Shown one piece after another: positions 8,745 through 18,421 of a stretch of 64,000 nt of DNA. The position numbers and the translations under genes are program-made. Each line of letters starts with the position of its first letter. Within the stretch, counting starts at the first letter, position 1. The notes beneath the pieces are model-generated. The model had not been told where the DNA came from. It worked only from the letters and a program-made list of their open reading frames with translations, and did no database searches. Source of the DNA: Minisyncoccota bacterium (GTDB lineage Bacteria; Patescibacteriota; Minisyncoccia; UBA6257; JAGOQP01). The stretch lies in contig JAGOQP010000005.1 in assembly GCA_017991375.1 (NCBI GenBank), positions 8,348 through 72,347 on the forward strand. Reading direction: 5' to 3'.

Positions 8745-10634
8745 ATGTCACTTGAGGATTTAGAAAAAGAACTTTATAGTGGTCGTCCCATTCACCGAGA
8801 GGCGCCTAACCAATCGTCCTCTACGCCCTCATTAGAAAATCCATCGCCTTTGGGGAGTCCGTGGGGGGTTGCTTCTTTAGACGACAACTCTCGTCCTATT
8901 CAAGTTGGAAGGTACTGGAAATTTATTCTTGTTTTTCTTGTTGTGGTGCTTGTAGGACTTGCTGGACTTGCTGGTTTTTATTTGTATCAATACTTTACCA
9001 CTCGTGATGTTTCGCTTGTGGCCGATGCCCCCAGTGAAATTTCTGTCGGGGTTCCGTTTACTCTTTCTCTTACCGTTGAAAACCTTTCACAAAAAGTACT
9101 TCAAGATTCTCGTGTCGCACTCGCGCTTCCTGATGGAGCGGTTTATTTAGATGATCCATCAAAACGCATCGTATCCATTGATCTTGATCCATTGGCCTCT
9201 GGTGAAGCGTCTCGGCGTGAAATTTCACTTGTTATTACCGGCGCATCGCTTGCCACCTATCGTTTTGAAAGTGTTTTTTCGTATCGCTACGATTCGGGAA
9301 CGCTCTCTAGTCGATTTGATAAGAAAAAAACCGTCGAGCTTCTTGCTCGGGATCCCGTGCTCGCACTTGAGCTTTCTGCTCCGGAAAAAGTGCTTCCTGG
9401 GGAAGATTTTGAAGTCAATATATCATATCAAAACACCGGACAGGTGACGCTTTTGGGGGCGCGTATCGCTCTTACTCTCCCGGTCGGATTTTCTGTTAAG
9501 AACTCAGATTTTGTTGTTGGTAGTGACGGTGTTGTCATTCTTTCCGATATTGCTCCAGGAGGGCGTGGGGTGGTAACACTCTCTGCGACCATGAGTGGCA
9601 AAGCGTATACTTTTTTTTCCATTGACGCGATCGCGCGCATTCCCCTTGGGTCTGTGATGTACGATATTGCGAAAAAGAGTGTTTCTGTTTCGCTTTCTCC
9701 GTCACCGCTCTCGTTGGATATTGGTGTTTCTGGTGGTAGCACCACTACCTATCCTGGGGACCTTCTTTCTTACCAGCTTTCTTTTTCAAATAATTCCGAT
9801 ATTAATCTTTCTGATGTGATTGTTTCGGCAACACTTAGCGGGGACTCTTTTGATCTTTCTTCTGTTGAATCAAGCGGTCACTTTGATGATGTTAAGAAAA
9901 CGATTACATGGACCGCCGCTTCAGAGGGTATTTTAAAAGAACTTCGCGCGCATGATTCGGGGAACGTTTCCTTTCGTGTTCGTATCAAAAAGACATTACC
10001 CACTTCTCAATTAAGCGACAAGAATTTCTCTGTACGCGTTCATGGGGAGGTGACCTCTCCTACCGTCCCTTACTCTGTTGTTGCACAAAAAACAATTGGA
10101 AGCGCAGATCTTGAGGTATCTGTTGGTGGGTCATTGAGCGTTGAGCAGCATGCCTATTTTGCAGATTCATCTAGTGATATAGCAAATGATGGCATGATTC
10201 CTCCACGCGTCGGAATTCCGACGGAATACACTATTCATTGGGACGCGTATGCTTTTTCAACTGATTGGGATGGGGTGCGCGTATCGGCATTTTTGGGTCC
10301 TGGTGTGAAATGGACGGGGAAGGTGAAAACGAATGGAAAAACCGTTCCAACGTATAATGAACGCACGCAAGAGATTGTGTGGGATATTGGACGTGTTAAC
10401 GCTGGGCGAGGGACCGTTGACCCTCCTTTAAGCGCTGTTTTTCAGATTAGTATTATTCCATCATTGAACCAAGTCGGCCAAACTCCTACGCTTGTGGCAA
10501 GCCCTGTTATAACGGGAACTGATGTATTTGTTGGTAAATCAATAACGCGTTCATTGCAGTCGGTCTCCACGCGCGATATAAGCGATGCAGATCGTCCTCT
10601 TAATTACGATAGGGTGGCGGGCAGTGGGCAGTGA
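8745..10634 (+). CDS. Hypothetical membrane-anchored surface protein with repeated beta-sandwich (DUF11/CARDB-like) modules
   Basis: First ATG at 8745 within ORF 8727..10634. Cytoplasmic N-terminus and one TM (FILVFLVVVLVGLAGLAGFYLY). Then reiterated modules such as 'PFTLSLTVENLSQ...LALPDGAVYL' and 'GEDFEVNISYQNTGQVTLLGARIALTLPVGF'. Confidence 0.4.
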   Translation: MSLEDLEKELYSGRPIHREAPNQSSSTPSLENPSPLGSPWGVASLDDNSRPIQVGRYWKFILVFLVVVLVGLAGLAGFYLYQYFTTRDVSLVADAPSEISVGVPFTLSLTVENLSQKVLQDSRVALALPDGAVYLDDPSKRIVSIDLDPLASGEASRREISLVITGASLATYRFESVFSYRYDSGTLSSRFDKKKTVELLARDPVLALELSAPEKVLPGEDFEVNISYQNTGQVTLLGARIALTLPVGFSVKNSDFVVGSDGVVILSDIAPGGRGVVTLSATMSGKAYTFFSIDAIARIPLGSVMYDIAKKSVSVSLSPSPLSLDIGVSGGSTTTYPGDLLSYQLSFSNNSDINLSDVIVSATLSGDSFDLSSVESSGHFDDVKKTITWTAASEGILKELRAHDSGNVSFRVRIKKTLPTSQLSDKNFSVRVHGEVTSPTVPYSVVAQKTIGSADLEVSVGGSLSVEQHAYFADSSSDIANDGMIPPRVGIPTEYTIHWDAYAFSTDWDGVRVSAFLGPGVKWTGKVKTNGKTVPTYNERTQEIVWDIGRVNAGRGTVDPPLSAVFQISIIPSLNQVGQTPTLVASPVITGTDVFVGKSITRSLQSVSTRDISDADRPLNYDRVAGSGQ

Positions 10635-11039
10635 AAAGTTGAACGTTGAACGAAGGAAAGATGAATAAATAATCATTAATCTTTTATCTTTAATCATTGA
10701 CCGCGCAGTGTTTATCGTCCATCTTTGACCACACACAGGTCAGGGCAACCTCCCATGTCTACCCATAGTGGACTACGGAAGGGCACGCAAATGGCATATA
10801 GCTAATAGCTAGGGGCAAAGAGTGTATGGCGAACATGAAGAAAGTGGAATGTCGAACGTTAAACGAGGGAGAGAGAAAGCAGATAATATTCATCTTTAGT
10901 CGCAATTTATTGCTCGTTCCGCGGTTATCTTTTTACGTTTAACTCATCTATCTTTTATCTTTGATTGTTAATCCTTGATTTATGGAGCTTCTTTTTTGTG
11001 GGGTTGCGAAAGAGCTCAAATGTCTATAAGCTTATTTGT

Positions 11040-12374
11040 ATGAAAAAAGAAGATACACAAAAAGATGCCGATTTGATGGATAAAATTGTTTCGCTCTGTA
11101 AGCGGAGGGGGTTTGTGTTTCCCGGGTCTGAAATTTATGGGGGGCTTGCCAATTCATGGGATTATGGACCGCTAGGGGTTGAGCTGAAAAACAATATTAA
11201 GCAATCGTGGTGGAATTTTTTTGTTCATCGGCGATCGGATATGTATGGGCTTGATGCCGCGATTATCATGAATTCAAAAGTATGGGAGGCGAGCGGGCAT
11301 ACAGGAAGCGGATTTGCTGATCCGTTACGTGAATGTATCGCGTGTCATCATCGTTTTCGGAGCGATCAACTTACCATGCACGCGTGTCCTGACTGTGGAG
11401 GAGTGCTTGGTGATGAGCGGCGATTTAATATTTTAATGAAAACATTTATTGGGCCGATTGAGGATTCAACTGCGCAAACGTATTTGCGGGGAGAAACGGC
11501 GCAGGGGATGTTTGTTGATTTTAAAAATATCCTTGACTCCATGTCCCCAAAACTTCCTTTTGGCGTTGCTCAGATTGGGAAGGCGTTTCGTAACGAAATC
11601 ACTCCAGGCAACTTCATTTTTCGCACGCGTGAGTTTGAGCAGATGGAGATAGAGTATTTCATCAAACCGACCGACGATTGGAACGTGTATTTTGAAGAGT
11701 GGCTTTTAGCGATGAAAAAATGGATGGCGACTGTCGGTATTGCCATAGACTATGTGCATGATCTTGAAGTTCCCGAAACGGAGCGAGCGCATTATTCAAA
11801 GCGCACTGTTGATCTGGAGTTCGATTTTCCCTTTGGTCGCAAGGAGCTTTTTGGTATCGCGTATCGAGGAGATTTTGATCTTGCTAATCATCAGCGGGCG
11901 ACTGGTTATGCGTTAACCTATTTTGATGAGGAAACAAAAGAGCGATATCTTCCTCATGTTATTGAACCAACATTCGGCGTTGAGCGCGGGCTTTTAGCTG
12001 TCCTAGTGTCTTCATATCGCGAAGAGACGGTCGGCGATGATACTCGCGCGTACCTTTCTCTTCCCGCGTCGATCGCTCCGTATAAAGCCGCTGTTTTTCC
12101 ACTCATGGCTAATAAACCAGATCTTGTTGCTAAAGCTCAGGATATATACGCCACACTTAGTGGCGCGCGGCTGGGAGCTATCGCGTTTGATGGGGGAGGA
12201 AATGTTGGAAAACGATACCGGAAACAAGACGAAATTGGAACCCCGTATTGCTTTACCGTTGATTATCAGACGCTTGAGGATGATACCGTGACTGTGCGTG
12301 ATCGAGATACTATGACGCAAGAACGTATTGCGGTTGATGATTTGATCGCGTTCTTAAAAGAAAAATGTTCGTAA
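11040..12374 (+). CDS. glyQS: Glycine--tRNA ligase (class II, dimeric GlyQS type)
   Basis: MDKIVSLCKRRGFVFPGSEIYGGLANSWDYGPLGVELKNNIKQSWW is a classic GlyRS N-terminus, followed by class-II motifs and a C-terminal anticodon-binding domain. The true ATG is probably 11040 (MKKEDTQ...) rather than 10965. Confidence 0.9.
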   Translation: MKKEDTQKDADLMDKIVSLCKRRGFVFPGSEIYGGLANSWDYGPLGVELKNNIKQSWWNFFVHRRSDMYGLDAAIIMNSKVWEASGHTGSGFADPLRECIACHHRFRSDQLTMHACPDCGGVLGDERRFNILMKTFIGPIEDSTAQTYLRGETAQGMFVDFKNILDSMSPKLPFGVAQIGKAFRNEITPGNFIFRTREFEQMEIEYFIKPTDDWNVYFEEWLLAMKKWMATVGIAIDYVHDLEVPETERAHYSKRTVDLEFDFPFGRKELFGIAYRGDFDLANHQRATGYALTYFDEETKERYLPHVIEPTFGVERGLLAVLVSSYREETVGDDTRAYLSLPASIAPYKAAVFPLMANKPDLVAKAQDIYATLSGARLGAIAFDGGGNVGKRYRKQDEIGTPYCFTVDYQTLEDDTVTVRDRDTMTQERIAVDDLIAFLKEKCS

Positions 12375-12388
12375 TGTATGCACATAAA

Positions 12389-12419
12389 AAAAGAGAGGGT
12401 AAGTCCTCTCTTTTTTGTT
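12389..12419. terminator. Bidirectional terminator between glyQS (+) and rnj (-)
   Basis: aaaaaaagagagg-gtaagtc-ctctcttttttg: hairpin with A-run and T-run on either side. Confidence 0.7.
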
Positions 12420-12422
12420 TTT

Positions 12423-14306
12423 CTACACCTCTATAATTGATGGCAGAATCATTGGGCGCCGCTTGGTTTTGCTGAAAACATATTGTCCGATTTGATCTCT
12501 AATGAGATTTCTCAAATAGTCATCGTCGACTGATTGCACACGCGGTACGCGCGTGATGAGGGACTTTATTTTTTTGCGAATTTCTTCGATAAGGTCTTTG
12601 TTGTTGTTTAGGTAGATAAATCCACGGGAAATTATGTCTGGGTTTTTGAGTAATTTTCCCGTGCGACGATCTAGAGTAGTAATAATAACCAACATTCCTT
12701 CTTGGGCGAGCATCATTCGGTCACGCAGAACCACTTCTTCTACGTCTCCCACGCCCAATCCGTCGACCATAACGTAATACGCTGGCAATGATTCATTGGC
12801 AACAGTAACACCATCTTTGTAGATATTAAGTATTTGTCCGTTATCAATAAGAAATGTGTGATCTGACGGAATGCCAATACTTTCGGCTAGGCGTACATTT
12901 GCCGCTCGCATGAAGTACATTCCATGGATAGGGACAAAAAATCTGGGGCGCATAATTTCTTGAATAAGCTTGAGATCTTCCGAGGGTCCATGTCCGCTTG
13001 CGTGAATGTCCACGTGTTGTGTTTGATACACACGCGCTCCCTGGCGCGTGAGGTTGTCTTTGAGTGTCTGAATGGGGCGTTCGTTTCCCGGAATTGCCGA
13101 TGCCGAGAAAATAATCGTGTCACCTTTTTTAATCGTGACTGTTTTGTGTTCTCCGTTTACTATTTTCATTAATCCCGCGCGTGACTCGCCTTGCGCTCCC
13201 GTCGTGAGGATCAGGATCCGGTCATCTGGGTAGTTGTTCATTTCTTCCGCGGAAATAATCGCGCCCTTTTTTGATTTGAGATATCCGAGGTTTTGGGCTA
13301 TTTGAACGTTATTTTTGAGGGAGAGGCCGTTTAGGATTATTTTTCTGTTGTGTTGTTCCGCGATTCTGAAAATATCAACGACGCGCGTAATAAGCGATGC
13401 AAATAAGCCGATTATAATTCTCCCTTGCGCGTTTTTGAAAAACTCATCGAGATTGTTAATCACTGTTTCTTCCGACACCGACGCGCCCGGTTTCTCGGCG
13501 TTAGTGCTTTCAAGAAAAAGCGTGTGCACCCCCTGCTTGGCTATTTCTCTGTATACATTTACATCCTCTGGGTGTGGTGTTCCGTTGATGTCTCGTTCTA
13601 CTTTGAGATCTGAGCAGTACACCATGTTTCCTACTGGTGTCTTTAACATAAATGATATGGAATCGGGAATGGTGTGTGTCGCGTTGAAAAATTCAGCCTC
13701 GAGATTTTGAGAAAGACGCACTTTTTCTCCGTGTTGTACCACGTGGATGTTGAGCTTTGGAGCATTTGGGAAATCCTCTTGTCGTTTGGTGATAATCGCC
13801 TTTGAAAACGCGGCTGTGTAGACCGGGATGTTGGCGCCTAGTTTATCAACTAAATAGGGGATCGCTCCTATGTGGTCATAGTGTCCATGCGTGATGATGA
13901 TCGCCTTTACGTTGGCGCGTTTTTTTTGTAACCCCGTTATGTTGGGAATAATGTAGTCAATTCCTGGGGTGTCTTCTTCTGGGAATTGAAGTCCCATATC
14001 CGCGATAATAATCTCGTTTTTATACTCAAACACTGACATATTGCGCCCGATCTCTTCTAATCCTCCCAGGGCGCAAAAACGTACCGCTTCCAAGTTTGGT
14101 TGGCTTTGTACTGGTGTGTGTTGCACGCCTGACGCGTGTTTTTTTGGGGGCTTGATCACGTGATGGGGTGCTAATTTGCGGCCATGGTGAGCGCCTCTGC
14201 TTTTTTGGTGCTGACGGTCTTGCCCCTGGAGAGGAATACTAGAATATGTGCGTAGGCGTGGTTTTTGTTTTGCCTGTTGTTCTTTTGATTGATGATGCAT
14301 ACTCAT
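12423..14306 (-). CDS. rnj: Ribonuclease J (metallo-beta-lactamase/beta-CASP) with a ~75-aa basic N-terminal extension
   Basis: ALGGLEEIGRNMSVFEY...ADMGLQFPE...IITHGHYDHIGAIPYL (HxHxDH) ... beta-CASP. The N-terminus is Lys/Arg/His-rich with no internal Met before the core. Confidence 0.85.
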   Translation of the reverse strand: MSMHHQSKEQQAKQKPRLRTYSSIPLQGQDRQHQKSRGAHHGRKLAPHHVIKPPKKHASGVQHTPVQSQPNLEAVRFCALGGLEEIGRNMSVFEYKNEIIIADMGLQFPEEDTPGIDYIIPNITGLQKKRANVKAIIITHGHYDHIGAIPYLVDKLGANIPVYTAAFSKAIITKRQEDFPNAPKLNIHVVQHGEKVRLSQNLEAEFFNATHTIPDSISFMLKTPVGNMVYCSDLKVERDINGTPHPEDVNVYREIAKQGVHTLFLESTNAEKPGASVSEETVINNLDEFFKNAQGRIIIGLFASLITRVVDIFRIAEQHNRKIILNGLSLKNNVQIAQNLGYLKSKKGAIISAEEMNNYPDDRILILTTGAQGESRAGLMKIVNGEHKTVTIKKGDTIIFSASAIPGNERPIQTLKDNLTRQGARVYQTQHVDIHASGHGPSEDLKLIQEIMRPRFFVPIHGMYFMRAANVRLAESIGIPSDHTFLIDNGQILNIYKDGVTVANESLPAYYVMVDGLGVGDVEEVVLRDRMMLAQEGMLVIITTLDRRTGKLLKNPDIISRGFIYLNNNKDLIEEIRKKIKSLITRVPRVQSVDDDYLRNLIRDQIGQYVFSKTKRRPMILPSIIEV

Positions 14307-14385
14307 TGATTATCTTTGTTGCGCAATCGCCTAATGAAAGTTTGTTTAAGCGAATACGCGTGTGAATTAATAATTATTTTTTGTG

Positions 14386-14469
14386 TGGGGATGGGGAGAT
14401 TTGAACTCCCATAACCTTGCGGTTACAGCGCCCTGAACGCTGCGTGTCTGCCAGTTTCACCACATCCCC
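14386..14469 (-). tRNA. tRNA-Leu (anticodon CAG), type II
   Basis: Reverse complement is GGGGATG-TG-GTGAAACTGGCAGAC-...CAGCG-TTCAGGG-CGCTG, with a long variable arm and GGGAGTTCAAATCTCCC-CATCCCC-A. Confidence 0.8.
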
Positions 14470-14474
14470 GTTTT

Positions 14475-15251
14475 TTAATCCTTTCTTGAGTATAAGTTTT
14501 TGACCGCCAGCTGGGTTAGATAGTGCTCTGGGTGACCAAGAAATGCAAATGTTTTTGGATTGTTTACTAATGCCCTATATAGCGATTGCCCGCGCGCATT
14601 TTTCAGTTTTTTGCTTGTTCCGTGTATCGGTTTTGCTGTTTCTTTGTAGTTCCAGTTTCGTTCCCACGCGAGAGCGGCGTTTTTCCATACGGGGTACCAT
14701 AGTGGGCCATGTGTTTTTTTGAAAAAGTTGTATTGCTGCGCATTTTTTTTATCGATGAATATGTTAGCAACGATTAATGACTCCTTTGGTGACGCGTTTA
14801 CCGTGCTGTGCGCGCATCCTGGGGGAATTATTACCGTGTCGTCTTTTTTCGCGGATATGATAAAAAGGATATTTGTTTTTTGTTGCTGTATGAGAAACGC
14901 GCCCCTTCCTTTGAGTACTTGATATACTTCCGGGTAGCCAACCTTCTCTTTATTTTTGGTATGCGTATGGCCAATCGTACGCGTTGCTTCGTCGCCGATT
15001 CTCCGCGGGTATATCATTGTTATGTCGTAGCGAAAGCCGTTTTTTTTGAACAACGCGATATCTTTTTTAAGCGCGACGCCACGATACACGCGATATAATA
15101 GGATATCTTTTTTGAGAGACGCATTCTTGAAAAAAGCTTTTGCGTCGCGATATGTCTTTATTGTTGTGTTCTCTACGCGCGTTTGGTGGTCAAATACGAG
15201 GCCGTTTGCGGTTTCGCGAAATAATGGAACAGTTTGTGTTTGGCGCGTCAT
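14475..15251 (-). CDS. Cupin-fold protein, probably archaeal-type glucose-6-phosphate isomerase (cPGI)
   Basis: TIGHTHTKNKEKVGYPEVYQVLKGRGAFLIQ and VIIPPGCAHSTVN match the cPGI metal-site motifs (TKGHFH...EVY..LKG.G..L.Q; PP..AH.TVN), as recalled from Pyrococcus cPGI. Confidence 0.5.
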   Translation of the reverse strand: MTRQTQTVPLFRETANGLVFDHQTRVENTTIKTYRDAKAFFKNASLKKDILLYRVYRGVALKKDIALFKKNGFRYDITMIYPRRIGDEATRTIGHTHTKNKEKVGYPEVYQVLKGRGAFLIQQQKTNILFIISAKKDDTVIIPPGCAHSTVNASPKESLIVANIFIDKKNAQQYNFFKKTHGPLWYPVWKNAALAWERNWNYKETAKPIHGTSKKLKNARGQSLYRALVNNPKTFAFLGHPEHYLTQLAVKNLYSRKD

Positions 15252-15253
15252 AC

Positions 15254-16921
15254 TTATTTAAAGACCCGTTTTGTCTTGAGATACCAGTACGTACTACTGG
15301 CAAAACGATCTGAGGGAATAGCAATTGTTCCCATGACAATTCCGTCTATGCTTGAGCGGTGCGCGTATATGTAGAGCGGTGATGTAATGAATAACGCGGG
15401 TACATCGTGTGAAATAAGTTGTTGAATTTCGTTAAGGGTTTGTTTTCTCTGCGCGCTATCGGGTGGGGATTTTCTCAGGGCCGTGAGCCGCGTGTCAACC
15501 GCGCTGTTTTCGTATAAGGAAAGGTTGAGCCCAGGAGCAAATTTTTCTGATGAGTGCCAGAATGAGAAAAGCTCCGGTTGCGTTGCCACCGTGCTTCCAA
15601 ATAAGAGTAATTGATAATCACGTGTTTTTATAACATCTTCCGCTATATTTTGTGGATCTATGAGAACCACTGTTGTTTTTATTCCTACGCGTTCCCATTG
15701 CACTTTAATCGCGTTGGCTATTTCTTTGAGGCCCAAGATGTCCGGTGTCTTTATGGTTACTAGCAACTCTTGTGTTCCCGATTTGTCTTTTTTTTCAAAC
15801 CACCCATTCGCGTTTTTTGTCCACCCCATTTGTTCTATGACTGTTTGTGCTTGTTGTGGGTTGTGGGTATCATTTTCTTCTATCGCTTTGTTGTATGTAT
15901 CTAGCGTTGGAGGAATCGGACCATGAGCTTCGAGGGCGGCATCTCCATAGACCGTTTCTATAATCTCTTTTTTGTTCGTCGCATACGCCAACGCCTGTCT
16001 AAAGGCCGTTTGAGCTAGTGGCGCGTAGGCGTTTTGATTTATAAAGAGCACGTACTGTTTTGTTGTGGGAGTTTTAATAATGCCGGTGCTTATGGTTGTT
16101 TTTTCGGTCGTCTTTTTATCTACTCCCCCAAATCCATCAAGTAATCCTTTGTTGTACGCGCGGATAAGCTCATCCTCATTTTCAAAGAATTTGATGACTA
16201 TTGTCTTGATATAGGGAGTTTTTTCTATTTTTTCGAATGCTGGGTTGGATTGTAGTGTGTAGCTGGTCACGAACGCATCTTTGCGTTTTTCTAATGATAT
16301 AAATTTAAATGGGCCGCTCCCTATGGGTTCGCTGTTGTATTGCGATAGTCGTATGTTCGCGGGCGCTATGTCCGCAAACAATTTTTTTGGAATTGGTCGG
16401 AGATTGCTCAGTAAAAGTGATTGAAATGGGGCGTAACTGCTAGCGCTGTTGAATCGAACCTCTCGTTCGCTCACGCGCGTAGGCATAATACCTTGCCATT
16501 CGCTAAAAAGTGGAGAAAGGGTATCGGCGTTTTGTATAAGCGCTATCGTAAAGATAATATCGTCGCTTGTTATTGGGGTGCCGTCGTGCCACTGCGCGTT
16601 TTCTTTGATGCGTACTGTCCACGTTTTAAATTGGTCATCGTGCGTGACGCTCTCTGCTAGGTCGTTTATATTCGCAAATAAAAGCGTTACTAGGTCACTT
16701 TGGGGAGCTAGTATCGGGTTAATAAACGACGGTTGGCCGATCACCCCTTCGGTGTATGTTCCTCCGTATGTCGGTATGGTTTGCGTGTGAACACGTATTA
16801 CGCGCGCGCCTACAAATGTTCCCGAGACGCCAGCGCACAATATCATGCACGCGATTATAAATCGTTCACGCCGCGAAAACGATCGCGCGAGCGCTTTTGA
16901 CAATGCTATGAGTCGTTTCAT
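15254..16921 (-). CDS. ABC-transporter substrate-binding protein, family 5 (oligopeptide/nickel type), membrane-anchored
   Basis: 555 aa with an N-terminal signal/TM. Size and scattered motifs (YTEGVIGQPSFINPIL...) resemble SBP_bac_5. Confidence 0.45.
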   Translation of the reverse strand: MKRLIALSKALARSFSRRERFIIACMILCAGVSGTFVGARVIRVHTQTIPTYGGTYTEGVIGQPSFINPILAPQSDLVTLLFANINDLAESVTHDDQFKTWTVRIKENAQWHDGTPITSDDIIFTIALIQNADTLSPLFSEWQGIMPTRVSEREVRFNSASSYAPFQSLLLSNLRPIPKKLFADIAPANIRLSQYNSEPIGSGPFKFISLEKRKDAFVTSYTLQSNPAFEKIEKTPYIKTIVIKFFENEDELIRAYNKGLLDGFGGVDKKTTEKTTISTGIIKTPTTKQYVLFINQNAYAPLAQTAFRQALAYATNKKEIIETVYGDAALEAHGPIPPTLDTYNKAIEENDTHNPQQAQTVIEQMGWTKNANGWFEKKDKSGTQELLVTIKTPDILGLKEIANAIKVQWERVGIKTTVVLIDPQNIAEDVIKTRDYQLLLFGSTVATQPELFSFWHSSEKFAPGLNLSLYENSAVDTRLTALRKSPPDSAQRKQTLNEIQQLISHDVPALFITSPLYIYAHRSSIDGIVMGTIAIPSDRFASSTYWYLKTKRVFK

Positions 16922-16958
16922 AATGCGTACGCGTTTTTTGGCGCGTATGGTTCCGTTT

Positions 16959-17177
16959 TTACAGTAAGAGAATGACTAGCGATGTTATAGCAAAGAGAGC
17001 CACGCAGACCACCGTGATTACAAATAGTGTTTTTTCCCATCCACGACGCTGTTGGGTAAACCCTCCCTCAGATCCTCCCAACGCTTCTGACATACCACCT
17101 CCGCGCTCTTGCAGTAGCACTAGTACGATTAATACCACTGATACCACTAATTGAGCTATAGCAATAATGCTTTTCAT
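16959..17177 (-). CDS. secG: Preprotein translocase subunit SecG
   Basis: 72 aa with two TM helices and the characteristic LLQERGGGMSEALGGSEGGFTQQRRGWEK loop. Confidence 0.7.
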   Translation of the reverse strand: MKSIIAIAQLVVSVVLIVLVLLQERGGGMSEALGGSEGGFTQQRRGWEKTLFVITVVCVALFAITSLVILLL

Positions 17178-17188
17178 AGAAGAAAGAG

Positions 17189-17563
17189 TTAGTCGCTATT
17201 TTGTTTAGCGAGTGTGTTTATCGCGAACATACATGCAAAGTTGATAACGCTGATGATGAGGGTAGCATAGACCAATGGATAAAGTCCAGAGATACTCAAT
17301 TCTTGCACAAATGAATCAAGTCCCCATAAAAGGAGAGCGTTTATAATAAGTGATCCTAACCCCAATGTTATGATCATTATAGGGGTGAGTAATATCTTAA
17401 TAAGTGGTCGTATAAGAATATACGCGATAGTGAAAACGCCAGCGACTTTTATGTATGCTTGGAGTGTTTGTTGGAGCGTTAGTCCGTCCACATAATGACT
17501 CGCGATATAAAAGCCAATCACATTACCCAATAGCAATATAATAAACCGAGCGAGTGTTTTCAT
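17189..17563 (-). CDS. Small 4-TM membrane protein (YvlD/phage-holin-4-like family?)
   Basis: 124 aa, highly hydrophobic with 3-4 predicted TM helices. No catalytic motifs. Confidence 0.3.
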   Translation of the reverse strand: MKTLARFIILLLGNVIGFYIASHYVDGLTLQQTLQAYIKVAGVFTIAYILIRPLIKILLTPIMIITLGLGSLIINALLLWGLDSFVQELSISGLYPLVYATLIISVINFACMFAINTLAKQNSD

Positions 17564-17637
17564 ATATATTAGTATAGCATATTCTAGTAATTCATCTTTG
17601 TGGTATACTAACTGTATTATTAAATCCTTTAACTAAC

Positions 17638-18162
17638 GTGCTCAAGCGTACGCGTATGAAATATACTAATCTTTTTGTTTTCGTGGTTATAGCCGCTTGG
17701 TTGTGTGCTGCTGTTGGGGTCTTTGCTCAGGACGTGACAGCGCAACTTGACCGCATACAGAGCGTTCTTAATCAATTACAGGATCAAACGCGTGTTTTTC
17801 AGACATCGCAGGTCGAACCTATCGGGAATGTGTTTGAGGGTCCGTTACGGCTTGCTCTTTCTCGGGGAGATGCTCATATTGATATTGAAGAGCTTTTTGA
17901 TGGTACCTTTGATATATGGGTGAGACGAGCTATTGTTTCGGGGATTGATGTTGGAGAGGGTGTTTTAGATGTCGATGCGCTCGGGCTCTCTGCCTCAGTT
18001 GGCATTTCCTCGTCGACACGCATTGTTTCTGAGGGGTGGAATTCTACCTCCCTTTCTTCTTTCTCTGTTGGTGATCGTGTGAATGTGTGGGGAATGTATG
18101 TCGACGGTGTTGATAATACGCTCTCTGATTTAGTAGCAAGAACCGTGAGAAAGGTTCGGTAG
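17638..18162 (+). CDS. Hypothetical secreted protein
   Basis: 174 aa with a signal peptide (LFVFVVIAAWLCAAVGVFAQD) and an Asp/Gly-rich mature part. Confidence 0.35.
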   Translation: MLKRTRMKYTNLFVFVVIAAWLCAAVGVFAQDVTAQLDRIQSVLNQLQDQTRVFQTSQVEPIGNVFEGPLRLALSRGDAHIDIEELFDGTFDIWVRRAIVSGIDVGEGVLDVDALGLSASVGISSSTRIVSEGWNSTSLSSFSVGDRVNVWGMYVDGVDNTLSDLVARTVRKVR

Positions 18163-18421
18163 TTGGTAATATGATGCTCATCTACTCACTAACGACTAAT
18201 AACCAACAACTAACAACAGCGGTAAGGAAAACTATTAACTGTTGATCCTTGACAAAATGGTTGGCGTTGTTTATGCTTAGTTTATTGAAATCCGCCGAAC
18301 CGAGCGGATTTGTTCTTAAAAAGTAACTTATAATCGAGACCTTACCAGCATAAAAAAATAACTCAACTTCGTATTGGTTTTGATTAAGCATGTTTGAGTA
18401 CTACACACACAAAGAAAATAT

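Noticed and set aside
10735-10800. Possible SRP (4.5S) RNA suggested by 'caggtcagg' and 'cggaagg' strings
   Set aside because: It does not reproduce the conserved helix-8 GGUCCGGAAGGAAGCAGC core. The same 'ggactacggaagg' string recurs at 7902 and 63815, so it is a repeat module, not a single-copy SRP RNA.
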